Source: a virus (Duplodnaviria > Heunggongvirae > Uroviricota > Caudoviricetes). From it: a stretch of 49,011 bases of DNA. The position numbers were made by a program, and so were the translations under genes. Positions 34,300 to 42,543 of the stretch are shown in pieces; within the stretch, counting starts at the first letter, position 1; every line of letters starts with the position of its first letter. The stretch lies in the IMG/VR virus record IMGVR_UViG_2687453442_000006; one strand, written 5' to 3'. The notes beneath the pieces were generated by a model. The model worked only from the letters and a program-made list of their open reading frames with translations. It searched no databases and was not told where the DNA came from.

Positions 34300-35001
34300 T
34301 CATGCTCTTGCTCCTTTCAGTCCGAACTTAGCTTTGATTTCTGCGATCTTCGCCAGAGCCTGTGCACGATTTAGAGGTCTACCGCCCATGACAGGAAGTT
34401 GTTTTACTGGTTCAGGTATAGCCTCACCACGGTTAATTCGTGCGGACATACAGGACAGTTCATCGGCAGCCTTGCGCCGTAATTCCGCGTCAGTCAACGC
34501 ATTGGCCCGCATGTTCTGATACAGGTTGGTAACCAGCCAGTAGTGCGCGTTTGATTTCCACGGATAAGACTCTGCATCAGGATACAGCCCGCGCTTCCGG
34601 CAATACTCGTAAACCATATCAACCAGCTCGCTGGCGTTTGGCAGCCCGGCGGTAACGGATGCTTCTTCCCGGCACCAGGCGACAAACTGCCCGGGTGATG
34701 GCAGGAATGGTCGATTCTGCCGACGGGCTACGCGCATTCCAGCGTTAACCTGTTCCATTGTGGTGATCCCGTTTTCCCGAAAAGCCAGCACCCACTGGCG
34801 GCGGATTTCGTTCAGTTCATTCTGGTCACGGTTAGCCAGGCTCGCCGGGAAAGTTGCCAGTAACTGGCTGAACACACCGTTGATGATCTGCGCTACCTGC
34901 TGTACCTGCGGCTTTTCGTCGTACTGTTCCGGCATGTTGTTGGCGATCCGGCGCATCTGCTCACAGTCAAAGTTAACCATCTGTGCGGCGATGTTTTTCA
35001 T
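34300..35001 (-). CDS. P: Replication protein P (DnaB helicase loader)
   Basis: 233-aa ORF MKNIAAQMVNFDCEQMRRIANNMPEQYDEKPQVQQVAQIINGVFSQLLATFPASLANRDQNE... near-identical to lambda P. Confidence 0.95.
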   Translation of the reverse strand: MKNIAAQMVNFDCEQMRRIANNMPEQYDEKPQVQQVAQIINGVFSQLLATFPASLANRDQNELNEIRRQWVLAFRENGITTMEQVNAGMRVARRQNRPFLPSPGQFVAWCREEASVTAGLPNASELVDMVYEYCRKRGLYPDAESYPWKSNAHYWLVTNLYQNMRANALTDAELRRKAADELSCMSARINRGEAIPEPVKQLPVMGGRPLNRAQALAKIAEIKAKFGLKGARA

Positions 35002-35927
35002 AGCTCCACCCCGTAAATCCAGTCAGTGTTCGTCAGGTCGAGTTTTGGTTTGCCGGCTGTCACGCCAGCCTGTTGCTTGTTTCGGTTGATTTCGAGCTGG
35101 GTCCACTTGTCGCGGAGTTTGGCCGGACTCAGCACGTTACCGGACCAGAAGTTGTCCTGGCATGCCCAGCGGAACAGTACACACATATCGCGGTGGTTAC
35201 GTCCGTCACGTTCACGCATCAGGCGGATATCGTTAGCCCACCCTGCAAAATTCGGTTTTCTGGCTGATGGCGCGATGGTCTTCACCATGTCAAACATCCA
35301 CTCTGCGGCGGTCAGGTCTTCTGCTGTCCCCCACTTGCTGCCGCTCTGAATTGCAGCATCCGGTTTCACCACAGGAAGATCGTTTTCTGGCTGGTCAGAG
35401 GATTCGCCAGAATTCTCGGACGAAAAAGGTTTTATATTGTCTTTTGTTAGTTTGTCTTTTGTGTTTACCTGATTCGGGTAAACGTCTTTACCTGATTTGG
35501 GTAAACTTTTCTTACCTGATTCAGGTAAATTTACCTCTTTCAGGTAAACTTTATTTTTCTTACCTGATTCGGGTAATGTTGACCATTCACTGACCACATT
35601 ATTAATGCCGATATTCCGCCCGCTCTGAATAAGAATCCCACGCTTTACCAGAACGCTTTTTGCAGCAGAACACTTGTGCGGCAATATCCCGGTCAATTCG
35701 GAAAGTTGCTCGTTGCTCACCCAATCCAGTTTTTTATTAAAGCCATATGTTTTGCGCATGACAGCCAGGAAGACCAGAAGCTGGTGCTGTGTTAATCCGG
35801 CCAGCATCACAGCTTCCAGCAACTCATTTGCAATGCGCGTATAACCATCATCGAGATCTGCCACGCGCGGCTCCTTTTGTGCCACATCCGGCACTGGAAA
35901 ATTGAATATCTCAGCAGTGTTTGCCAT
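34998..35927 (-). CDS. O: Replication initiator O (lambda-type C-terminal domain, divergent N-terminal iteron-binding domain)
   Basis: Track ORF 34998..36017; start chosen at MANTAEIFNF preceded by GGGAGG; C-terminus ...WANDIRLMRERDGRNHRDMCVLFRWACQDNFWSGNVLSPAKLRDKWTQLEINRNKQQAGV...DWIYGVEL matches lambda O; N-terminal domain differs; iterons lie inside the gene. Confidence 0.85.
   Translation of the reverse strand: MANTAEIFNFPVPDVAQKEPRVADLDDGYTRIANELLEAVMLAGLTQHQLLVFLAVMRKTYGFNKKLDWVSNEQLSELTGILPHKCSAAKSVLVKRGILIQSGRNIGINNVVSEWSTLPESGKKNKVYLKEVNLPESGKKSLPKSGKDVYPNQVNTKDKLTKDNIKPFSSENSGESSDQPENDLPVVKPDAAIQSGSKWGTAEDLTAAEWMFDMVKTIAPSARKPNFAGWANDIRLMRERDGRNHRDMCVLFRWACQDNFWSGNVLSPAKLRDKWTQLEINRNKQQAGVTAGKPKLDLTNTDWIYGVEL
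35455..35590. repeat. Origin of replication iterons (ori) inside O
   Basis: At least four direct repeats of a TTACCTGATTCGGGTAA-like unit spaced about 20-30 bp apart, followed by an AT-rich stretch; the lambdoid ori sits in the middle of O; boundaries approximate. Confidence 0.65.
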
Positions 35928-36013
35928 AATTCCTCCCGCAATGAGTGTGTTACGATTTGCACCTGAAAGTCGGTTCTGTTCGCGCAGACCGGCTTTCGCC
36001 ATTTCTGAACCTG

Positions 36014-36559
36014 TCATATTGCCCCCAGCATGGTGGTGACCATCGCCATCAGTGGACCAGCCAGATCCGGGTCCACACGAAACATCGACACAATGCCTTC
36101 ACTCATCTCCTTCAGTTTCTGGTGGCGTGGTGCGTTGAGAATGACAGCCTGTTTTGCCTCACTGAGTTCCTTTTCCATTTCAGCCAGCCGAGCCATGAAG
36201 CTATCCTGCTCAACCAGGTGGCCGCGATATTCCAGCGGTAGTACCGCCAGAATTGCCGGGGTCAGTTCACGCACGTTATTTCGGTATTTTTCAGAATCGA
36301 ATTTGTTATCGAGGAAGCGGAACAGCTTCTGGCGTGCACGGCTGACATCATCAGGGAAATCGATGGTGCCGCCGCCCTGCTCCCGATACTCATTCACAAT
36401 GAGTGCGGCAACAACATCCTGATTATCTGCAGCCGACCAGGCGCGGACGGCATCACGGATTTTTTCGTGGCCTGGAGCTTGTTTTGTTTGAGAACGATTT
36501 ATCACCGCAGTCGGGCTAAATCCGCTAGTCTGTTGGTATGTAAGTGGTTGCATAGTCAT
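36014..36559 (-). CDS. CII-position regulatory protein (YdaT-like, tentative)
   Basis: 181-aa ORF between cro and O, overlapping O by 4 nt; no similarity to lambda CII (97 aa) that I can recognise; YdaT-like call is from memory of YdaS/YdaT pairs and is tentative. Confidence 0.45.
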   Translation of the reverse strand: MTMQPLTYQQTSGFSPTAVINRSQTKQAPGHEKIRDAVRAWSAADNQDVVAALIVNEYREQGGGTIDFPDDVSRARQKLFRFLDNKFDSEKYRNNVRELTPAILAVLPLEYRGHLVEQDSFMARLAEMEKELSEAKQAVILNAPRHQKLKEMSEGIVSMFRVDPDLAGPLMAMVTTMLGAI

Positions 36560-36583
36560 TGCCTTATCAGTTAACGCCGCAGA

Positions 36584-36811
36584 TTAGGCGGCAGAATTAC
36601 TCGCGTTAAACAATGGTGCGAGGTCGGGACGAATATCTGCTGGTTTAATCTTTCCACCAGTGGCTGAGACAATTTTCATTACATAGCGGGCATCAATTCC
36701 GCCACCGTGTAGCCAACGCCAAACAGTGGGCTGGGCTACACCGCATAGATCTGCCAGTCGTTTTTGACTACCTGTAATACTGATTGCGAGTTGAATGGTT
36801 TGATTTGTCAT
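36584..36811 (-). CDS. cro: Cro-like HTH regulator (YdaS/Cro family)
   Basis: 75-aa ORF MTNQTIQLAISITGSQKRLADLCGVAQPTVWRWLHGGGIDARYVMKIVSATGGKIKPADIRPDL...; helix-turn-helix signature; divergent from cI across an operator region. Confidence 0.7.
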   Translation of the reverse strand: MTNQTIQLAISITGSQKRLADLCGVAQPTVWRWLHGGGIDARYVMKIVSATGGKIKPADIRPDLAPLFNASNSAA

Positions 36812-36921
36812 TATTAATTCCTATTGGTATTACAATAAATAAATAATAGCAATACGTATTAATCATAACAATAGCAAAACGTGTTTTGACCATCAATACG
36901 CAAGCGTATAAATTAAAACTT
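36812..36921. promoter_or_regulatory. Immunity control region (oR/pR/pRM analogue) with repeated AATAGCAA(T/A) operator-like motifs
   Basis: Divergent cI/cro intergenic region; motif AATAGCAATACG / ACAATAGCAAAAC repeated; TTGACC ... TATAAA elements placed so that the cI ATG lies just downstream of the predicted start (near-leaderless, as at lambda pRM). Confidence 0.5.
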
Positions 36922-37614
36922 ATGAAAAAAGAAACTCTTGCTGATCGCTTAAACCTAGCGATGGAACAATCTGGAATGTCTCAAGGCGCTCTTGCAAAGG
37001 CGTCTGGCGTAGCTCAACCCACAATCTGGAGACTGACAAGCGGCAACGCGCGCGGCTCAACAAAAATTGTTGAAATAGCTAATGCATTGGGTGTTCGAAC
37101 AGAGTGGCTCTCATCAGGCATAGGCCCGATGAGAAATGACGGTCAACAATTAGGGAAGCCTACTGCCAACCATCCCAAATACTTCAAGATTGACGTTCTT
37201 GATATAGAAGTGAGTGCCGGGCCGGGAGTCATCAACCGTGAGTTTGTAGAAGTTCTACGCTCGGTTGAGTACTCGTTTGACGATGCTCGTCACATGTTCG
37301 ATGGTAGGAAGGCAGAAAATATCCGCATCATTAACGTACGCGGTGACAGCATGTCAGGAACGATTGAACCTGGTGATCTTCTATTCGTTGATATCACGGT
37401 TAAATCTTTCGACGGTGATGGTATCTATGCGTTTCTGTACGACGACACAGCCCATGTAAAGCGCTTGCAAATGATGAAGGATAAGCTGCTGGTTATCTCT
37501 GATAACAAAAGCTACTCACCGTGGGACCCGATCGAGAAAGATGAGATGAACCGGGTATTTATCTTCGGGAAAGTTATTGGGAGCATGCCGCAGACGTATA
37601 GGAAGCATGGATAG
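36922..37614 (+). CDS. cI: CI-type prophage repressor (HTH plus LexA-like S24 peptidase domain)
   Basis: Track ORF 36886..37614 (TTG); ATG at 36922 (MKKETLADRLNLAMEQSGMSQGALAKASGVAQPTIWRL) preferred; N-terminal HTH; C-terminal S24 motifs (RGDSMSGT..., KRL); divergent from cro. Confidence 0.85.
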   Translation: MKKETLADRLNLAMEQSGMSQGALAKASGVAQPTIWRLTSGNARGSTKIVEIANALGVRTEWLSSGIGPMRNDGQQLGKPTANHPKYFKIDVLDIEVSAGPGVINREFVEVLRSVEYSFDDARHMFDGRKAENIRIINVRGDSMSGTIEPGDLLFVDITVKSFDGDGIYAFLYDDTAHVKRLQMMKDKLLVISDNKSYSPWDPIEKDEMNRVFIFGKVIGSMPQTYRKHG

Positions 37615-37682
37615 TACCAATTAAAAATTATCAACCGGGCATTGTGCTCATTCAGTAAAACAACTTAATTATTCATTTTAGA

Positions 37683-38756
37683 ATGGAGAACTTAATGGAT
37701 ACTTTAAAATATGAGAAATTCTCTGATTTTGATCACAATGACCCATTTTTTGACTCTTTAAAAAAAGATTATAAAGAGTTTCCTCTTTGGTTAGAAAAAA
37801 AAGCCAGAGAAGGAGAATCAGCTTATGTGCTCTATGATGACAAGCATAAAATCGAAGGTTTTATGTATCTAAAAGAAAATGATGATGCAAATGACATTAA
37901 TCCAGCGCTCCCACCAGGACGTCATCTAAAGATAGGAACATTCAAATTTGAATCTAAAGGCACCCTTCGCGGACAACGATTTCTAAAAAAAGCGTTTGAC
38001 CATGCATTTTCATCAAAATCTGATGATATTTATGTTACTGTTTTCGACAAACACGTCCATCTAATAAAACTTTTCCAAACGTACGGATTTTACATTCATG
38101 GTGAAAAAGAAACACATAACGGGAAAGAGTTTGTATATGCGAGGTCTTTGCATGAGCCTTATGGTGATATTTTATTAGATTACCCTCGAATAATGACATC
38201 AAGGGCCAACAAATATTTACTGGCGATTTATCCCGAATATCACACTAGACTATTCCCTGATTCAAAACTTGTAAATGAATCACCAGATATTGTCAAAGAT
38301 ATATCCCATGCTAACAGCATTCATAAAATTTACATATGTGGAATGCGTTCTGTGATGGGAATGAAAAGAGGAGATATCATTGTCATCTATAGAACCGGAG
38401 ACAAAAAAGGGCCAGCTCGCTATCGTTCTGTAGCCAGTACATTATGTGTAGTTGAGAGCGTAAAAAATATTTCTGAATTTTTAAGCGAAGATAGTTTTGT
38501 AGACTATTGTATTCGTTTTAGCGTATTTTCTGAAGATGAACTCAGAAAAATCTATAAAGAACGTCGATACCCTTTCATTATAAGATTCACATACAATCTG
38601 TCTTTGCCAAAGAGACCCAATCGTGCTATTTTAATAGATCATGTGGGGCTAAATGGTTCGCGTGCATTCCGATGGAGTCACTTTAAACTCACAAATGAGC
38701 AGTTCTTAAAGATCATCGAGTTAGGCAAGATAAATGAAAGTTTTATTATCCATTAA
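37683..38756 (+). CDS. Two-domain protein: N-terminal acetyltransferase-like (GNAT-like, tentative) plus C-terminal PUA-like (ASCH/EVE-like) domain; first gene of rex-locus cassette
   Basis: 357-aa AT-rich ORF; N-terminal 160 aa has a GNAT-like beta-alpha pattern (HLKIGTFKFESKGTLRGQRFLKKAFDHAF ... DIYVTVFDKHVHLIKLFQTYGFYIHGE); C-terminal half resembles PUA-like beta-barrels (KYLLAIYPEY ... GDIIVIYRTG ... VASTLCVVESV); domain calls are pattern recognition only. Confidence 0.55.
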   Translation: MENLMDTLKYEKFSDFDHNDPFFDSLKKDYKEFPLWLEKKAREGESAYVLYDDKHKIEGFMYLKENDDANDINPALPPGRHLKIGTFKFESKGTLRGQRFLKKAFDHAFSSKSDDIYVTVFDKHVHLIKLFQTYGFYIHGEKETHNGKEFVYARSLHEPYGDILLDYPRIMTSRANKYLLAIYPEYHTRLFPDSKLVNESPDIVKDISHANSIHKIYICGMRSVMGMKRGDIIVIYRTGDKKGPARYRSVASTLCVVESVKNISEFLSEDSFVDYCIRFSVFSEDELRKIYKERRYPFIIRFTYNLSLPKRPNRAILIDHVGLNGSRAFRWSHFKLTNEQFLKIIELGKINESFIIH

Positions 38757-39111
38757 GCCTGAGTTTGCAGAAAAAATATTGAACGGAACAAAGCGGTTCG
38801 AGTTTCGTAAAGGTATATTCAAAAATCCGCAAATTAGCACCGTTGTTATTTATGCCACGATGCCATTAGGTAAAGTTGTTGGCCAATTCCGTATTGAATC
38901 AATACTAAGTGACGAACCGGAATCTCTTTGGAAAAAGACGGAAAAACACGCAGGTATTTCTAAGCAATTTTATGACTCATATTATTCAGGTAGAGAAAAG
39001 GCCTACGCAATAAAAATTGGTGAAGTGGAAAGATATAAAGAACCAATTCCTATCTCTGCTCTAGGTAGTAATATTAAGCCACCACAATCATATCTTTACC
39101 TACCTGCGTAA
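38734..39111 (+). CDS. ASCH-domain protein (PUA-like superfamily); second gene of rex-locus cassette
   Basis: 125-aa ORF MKVLLSIKPEFAEKILNGTKRFEFRKGIFKNPQISTVVIYATMPLGKVVGQFRIESILSDEPESLWKKT... follows the ASCH domain pattern; overlaps the upstream gene by 23 nt. Confidence 0.65.
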   Translation: MKVLLSIKPEFAEKILNGTKRFEFRKGIFKNPQISTVVIYATMPLGKVVGQFRIESILSDEPESLWKKTEKHAGISKQFYDSYYSGREKAYAIKIGEVERYKEPIPISALGSNIKPPQSYLYLPA

Positions 39112-39113
39112 GA

Positions 39114-39142
39114 ATCCCGGCCACCGTGCCGGGTTTTCTTTT
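39114..39142 (+). terminator. Rho-independent terminator after the ASCH gene
   Basis: Hairpin cccggccACCGtgccggg followed by TTTTCTTTT immediately after the ASCH stop; coordinates approximate. Confidence 0.55.
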
Positions 39143-39239
39143 GTCCCCTCATCACACAAACCGTTCGAAAAACCACCACATCCTCCCTTCAGTTATCGCT
39201 ATGCGATGCAAGTCACAAAATTAATTCTTTTTGCTATCA

Positions 39240-39320
39240 AACAGTTAATATCAAAACACATCAATCAATAGCAATAAGTATTGATACAGCCAATAGCAAT
39301 AGCTATTATTACCATGTCGC
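39240..39320 (+). promoter_or_regulatory. Candidate oL/pL region (operator-like AATAGCAAT repeats)
   Basis: Same AATAGCAA(T/A) motif as in the cI/cro intergenic region (CAATAGCAATAAGTATTG, CCAATAGCAATAGCTATT), with dyad symmetry, upstream of the early-left genes. Confidence 0.45.
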
Positions 39321-39382
39321 AACAACACAACGATACGGCAATCACCTGATTCACCGTTGCGATTACCGCTTAGATCCGCAGC

Positions 39383-39793
39383 TTGAATTTCAGCAGGCTC
39401 CGGGGAGTGCGAGGGGTGAAGCGGACGCGTGAACGTCGGTGTGACCAGCTGAAATCAACTCAACACCTCATACCTCAGTCGCTTCAACGAGGCGGCTTAG
39501 TTATGACAACCGGCGGCCATCCACCGCCTGAATACGCGCAGAAGTCTTTATATGTTCAGCAGCCCAGCTTACGGGCAGGAGTTTTTATGGTTCATCAACA
39601 TTACGGAACGCAGACCGTTAATCGCGGTGCGGTCATGCCAGGAATGCTGGTCAAACACAAAGATGGTACCTGGACTGCATCAGCTAATTTACGCGGACGG
39701 CTATATCTGCATCGCGGCATCGAGCGCACTTATACCCGTGATTTGCTCGTGGAAGTTTTTCTCGACGGACGCGGTAACGGCCTGAATCGCTAA
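39383..39793 (+). CDS. Hypothetical protein in the N position (possible N-like antiterminator, unverified)
   Basis: 136-aa track ORF from a TTG; Arg-rich N-terminal segment ([17 protein letters not shown]); alternative ATG start at about 39503 ([11 protein letters not shown]..., 97 aa); no recognisable similarity to lambda N. Confidence 0.3.
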   Translation: MNFSRLRGVRGVKRTRERRCDQLKSTQHLIPQSLQRGGLVMTTGGHPPPEYAQKSLYVQQPSLRAGVFMVHQHYGTQTVNRGAVMPGMLVKHKDGTWTASANLRGRLYLHRGIERTYTRDLLVEVFLDGRGNGLNR

Positions 39794-39868
39794 TCCCCTT
39801 TCCTGTTTTCCTAATCAGCCTGGCATTTCGCGGGCGATATTTTCACAGCCATTTTCAGGAGTTCAGCC

Positions 39869-40165
39869 ATGAACGCTTATTACATTCAGGATCGTCTTGA
39901 GGCTCAGAGCTGGGCGCGTCACTACCAGCAGATCGCCCGTGAAGAGAAAGAGGCAGAACTGGCAGACGACATGGAAAAAGGTCTGCCCCAGCACCTGTTT
40001 GAATCGCTATGCATCGATCATTTGCAACGCCACGGGGCCAGCAAAAAAGCCATTACCCGTGCGTTTGATGACGATGTTGAGTTTCAGGAGCGCATGGCAG
40101 AACACATCCAGTACATGGTTGAAACCATTGCTCACCACCAGGTTGATATTGATTCAGAGGTATAA
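39869..40165 (+). CDS. gam: Gam (RecBCD inhibitor), short GamS-sized form
   Basis: 98-aa [101 protein letters not shown], near-identical to lambda Gam C-terminal 98 aa; upstream in-frame codons (..FRSSA) are cut by a stop, so no long form. Confidence 0.9.
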   Translation: MNAYYIQDRLEAQSWARHYQQIAREEKEAELADDMEKGLPQHLFESLCIDHLQRHGASKKAITRAFDDDVEFQERMAEHIQYMVETIAHHQVDIDSEV

Positions 40166-40170
40166 AACGG

Positions 40171-40956
40171 ATGAGTACAGCACTCGCAACGCTGGCAGGG
40201 AAACTGGCTGAACGTGTCGGCATGGATTCTGTCGACCCACAGGAACTGATCACCACTCTTCGCCAGACGGCATTTAAAGGTGATGCCAGCGATGCGCAGT
40301 TCATCGCATTGCTGATCGTCGCCAACCAGTACGGCCTTAATCCGTGGACGAAAGAAATTTACGCCTTCCCTGATAAGCAGAACGGCATTGTTCCGGTGGT
40401 GGGCGTTGATGGCTGGTCCCGCATCATCAATGAAAACCAGCAGTTTGATGGCATGGACTTTGAGCAGGACAATGAATCCTGTACATGCCGGATTTACCGC
40501 AAGGACCGTAATCATCCGATCTGCGTTACCGAATGGATGGATGAATGCCGCCGCGAACCATTCAAAACCCGCGAAGGCAGAGAAATCACGGGGCCGTGGC
40601 AGTCGCATCCCAAACGGATGTTACGGCATAAAGCCATGATTCAGTGTGCCCGTCTGGCCTTCGGATTTGCTGGTATCTATGACAAGGATGAAGCCGAGCG
40701 CATTGTCGAAAATACTGCATACACTGCAGAACGTCAGCCAGAACGCGACATCACCCCGGTTAACGATGAAACCATGCAGGAGATTAACACTCTGCTGATC
40801 GCCCTGGATAAAACATGGGATGACGACTTATTGCCGCTCTGTTCCCAGATATTTCGCCGCGACATTCGCGCATCGTCAGAACTGACACAGGCCGAAGCAG
40901 TGAAAGCTCTTGGATTCCTGAAACAGAAAGCCACTGAGCAGAAGGTGGCAGCATGA
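40171..40956 (+). CDS. bet: Bet (Red-beta single-strand annealing recombinase)
   Basis: 261-aa [69 protein letters not shown]... essentially identical to lambda Bet from memory. Confidence 0.95.
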   Translation: MSTALATLAGKLAERVGMDSVDPQELITTLRQTAFKGDASDAQFIALLIVANQYGLNPWTKEIYAFPDKQNGIVPVVGVDGWSRIINENQQFDGMDFEQDNESCTCRIYRKDRNHPICVTEWMDECRREPFKTREGREITGPWQSHPKRMLRHKAMIQCARLAFGFAGIYDKDEAERIVENTAYTAERQPERDITPVNDETMQEINTLLIALDKTWDDDLLPLCSQIFRRDIRASSELTQAEAVKALGFLKQKATEQKVAA

Positions 40957-41633
40957 TACCGGACATTATCCTGCAGCGTACCGGGATCGACGTGAGAGCT
41001 GTCGAACAGGGGGATGATGCATGGCACAAATTACGGCTCGGCGTCATCACCGCTTCAGAAGTTCACAACGTGATAGCAAAACCCCGCTCCGGAAAGAAAT
41101 GGCCTGACATGAAAATGTCCTACTTCCACACCCTGCTTGCCGAGGTTTGCACCGGTGTGGCTCCGGAAGTTAACGCTAAAGCACTGGCCTGGGGAAAACA
41201 GTACGAGAACGACGCCAGAGCCCTGTTTGAGTTTACTTCCGGCGTGAATGTTACTGAATCCCCGATCATCTATCGCGACGAAAGTATGCGTACCGCCTGC
41301 TCTCCGGATGGTTTATGCAGTGACGGCAACGGCCTTGAACTGAAATGCCCGTTTACCTCCCGGGATTTCATGAAATTCCGGCTCGGTGGTTTCGAGGCCA
41401 TAAAGTCGGCTTACATGGCCCAGGTGCAGTACAGCATGTGGGTGACGCGAAAAGATGCCTGGTACTTTGCCAACTATGACCCGCGTATGAAGCGTGAAGG
41501 CCTGCATTATGTCGTGGTTGAGCGGGATGAAAAGTACATGGCGAGTTTTGACGAGATGGTGCCGGAGTTCATCGAAAAAATGGACGAGGCACTGGCTGAA
41601 ATTGGTTTTGTATTTGGGGAGCAATGGCGATGA
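40953..41633 (+). CDS. exo: Exo (lambda exonuclease, Red-alpha)
   Basis: 226-aa [71 protein letters not shown]... matches lambda Exo. Confidence 0.95.
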   Translation: MIPDIILQRTGIDVRAVEQGDDAWHKLRLGVITASEVHNVIAKPRSGKKWPDMKMSYFHTLLAEVCTGVAPEVNAKALAWGKQYENDARALFEFTSGVNVTESPIIYRDESMRTACSPDGLCSDGNGLELKCPFTSRDFMKFRLGGFEAIKSAYMAQVQYSMWVTRKDAWYFANYDPRMKREGLHYVVVERDEKYMASFDEMVPEFIEKMDEALAEIGFVFGEQWR

Positions 41634-41788
41634 AGCATCCTCACGATAATATCCGGGTAGGTGCGATCACTTTCGTCTACTCCGTTACAAAGCGAGGCTG
41701 GGTATTTCCCGGCCTTTCTGTTATCAGAAATCCCCTGAAAGCACAGCGGCTGGCTGAGGAGATAAATAATAAACGGGAGAGTGTATGA
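41630..41788 (+). CDS. Small protein, lambda orf60a-like
   Basis: 52-aa ORF not in the track, read by eye: [52 protein letters not shown]; ATG overlaps exo stop (ATGA) and its stop overlaps the next ATG. Confidence 0.55.
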   Translation: MKHPHDNIRVGAITFVYSVTKRGWVFPGLSVIRNPLKAQRLAEEINNKRESV

Positions 41789-42537
41789 TTCATTTTCACG
41801 GTGGTCCAATAACTCCCGATACCTGTGCGTTGAAAGCCTGGAAAGGCAGACACGCATTCATCAGTTTTGCTAATCCAGCTCAGATTGATCTGGCTTCCGA
41901 AGTCACCCAATCATTTGCTCTTGATAATGGTGCATTCACATTCTGGACAAAAAACAAGGCCGTAGACTGGAATGAATATTACAGATTTGTTGAACGCTGG
42001 GGCAATCACCCTCGTTTCTCATTCGCGGTTATCCCGGATGTTATCGGCGGAACCAGTGAAGAGAATGACGCCCTGATTGCGGCATGGCCTCACGGTAAAT
42101 TTATTGGTGCTCCGGTGTGGCACATGAACGAACCAGATGAGCGATTTATTCGTCTGTGCCATGAGTTTCCCCGCGTCTGCATCGGCTCGATGGGGGAATA
42201 CGATGCAAAACGACCGAGAGCGTGTCGGGCTAAACTACGCGATCTTATACGTCATGTTGTAGATCAGTACGGCTACCCAATCACCAAGATTCATGGGTTA
42301 CGGATGTTAAATAAAGACATTTTTACTCATGTACCGCTTTCGTCTGCAGACAGCACGAACGTCGCAAGAAATATAGGCATCGACAAATCCTGGGTAGGTT
42401 CGCCATATGCTCCCGCAAGTAAAGAAACCCGTACGCAAGTTCTTGTGGAACGCATTGAATCATTCAACAGTGCCAGTTCACTTAATTACAACGCTGAACG
42501 GGACGTCTTTACCCCTCAACTGGCATTCGAAGTGTGA
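41785..42537 (+). CDS. Hypothetical protein (250 aa), accessory gene of the early-left b2-type region
   Basis: Track [92 protein letters not shown]...; translationally coupled to the upstream small ORF; I cannot assign a family with confidence. Confidence 0.6.
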   Translation: MIHFHGGPITPDTCALKAWKGRHAFISFANPAQIDLASEVTQSFALDNGAFTFWTKNKAVDWNEYYRFVERWGNHPRFSFAVIPDVIGGTSEENDALIAAWPHGKFIGAPVWHMNEPDERFIRLCHEFPRVCIGSMGEYDAKRPRACRAKLRDLIRHVVDQYGYPITKIHGLRMLNKDIFTHVPLSSADSTNVARNIGIDKSWVGSPYAPASKETRTQVLVERIESFNSASSLNYNAERDVFTPQLAFEV

Positions 42538-42543
42538 GGCCAA

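Noticed and set aside
35455-35590. Regularly spaced direct repeats considered as a possible CRISPR array
   Set aside because: Repeats are about 17 bp with irregular short spacing, lie inside the O reading frame with an adjacent AT-rich stretch and no cas genes; they match the expected lambdoid ori iterons.
39794-39868. Possible long-form Gam or fusion of the upstream ORF with gam (same reading frame)
   Set aside because: Two in-frame stop codons separate the ORFs and there is no ATG between the second stop and the GamS start; the shared frame is most simply coincidental, though a recombination scar cannot be excluded.
42407-42543. Upstream part of the 117-aa track ORF 42407..42760
   Set aside because: Overlaps the 3' end of the 250-aa gene out of frame; an internal ATG with a Shine-Dalgarno sequence gives a more plausible 71-aa product.
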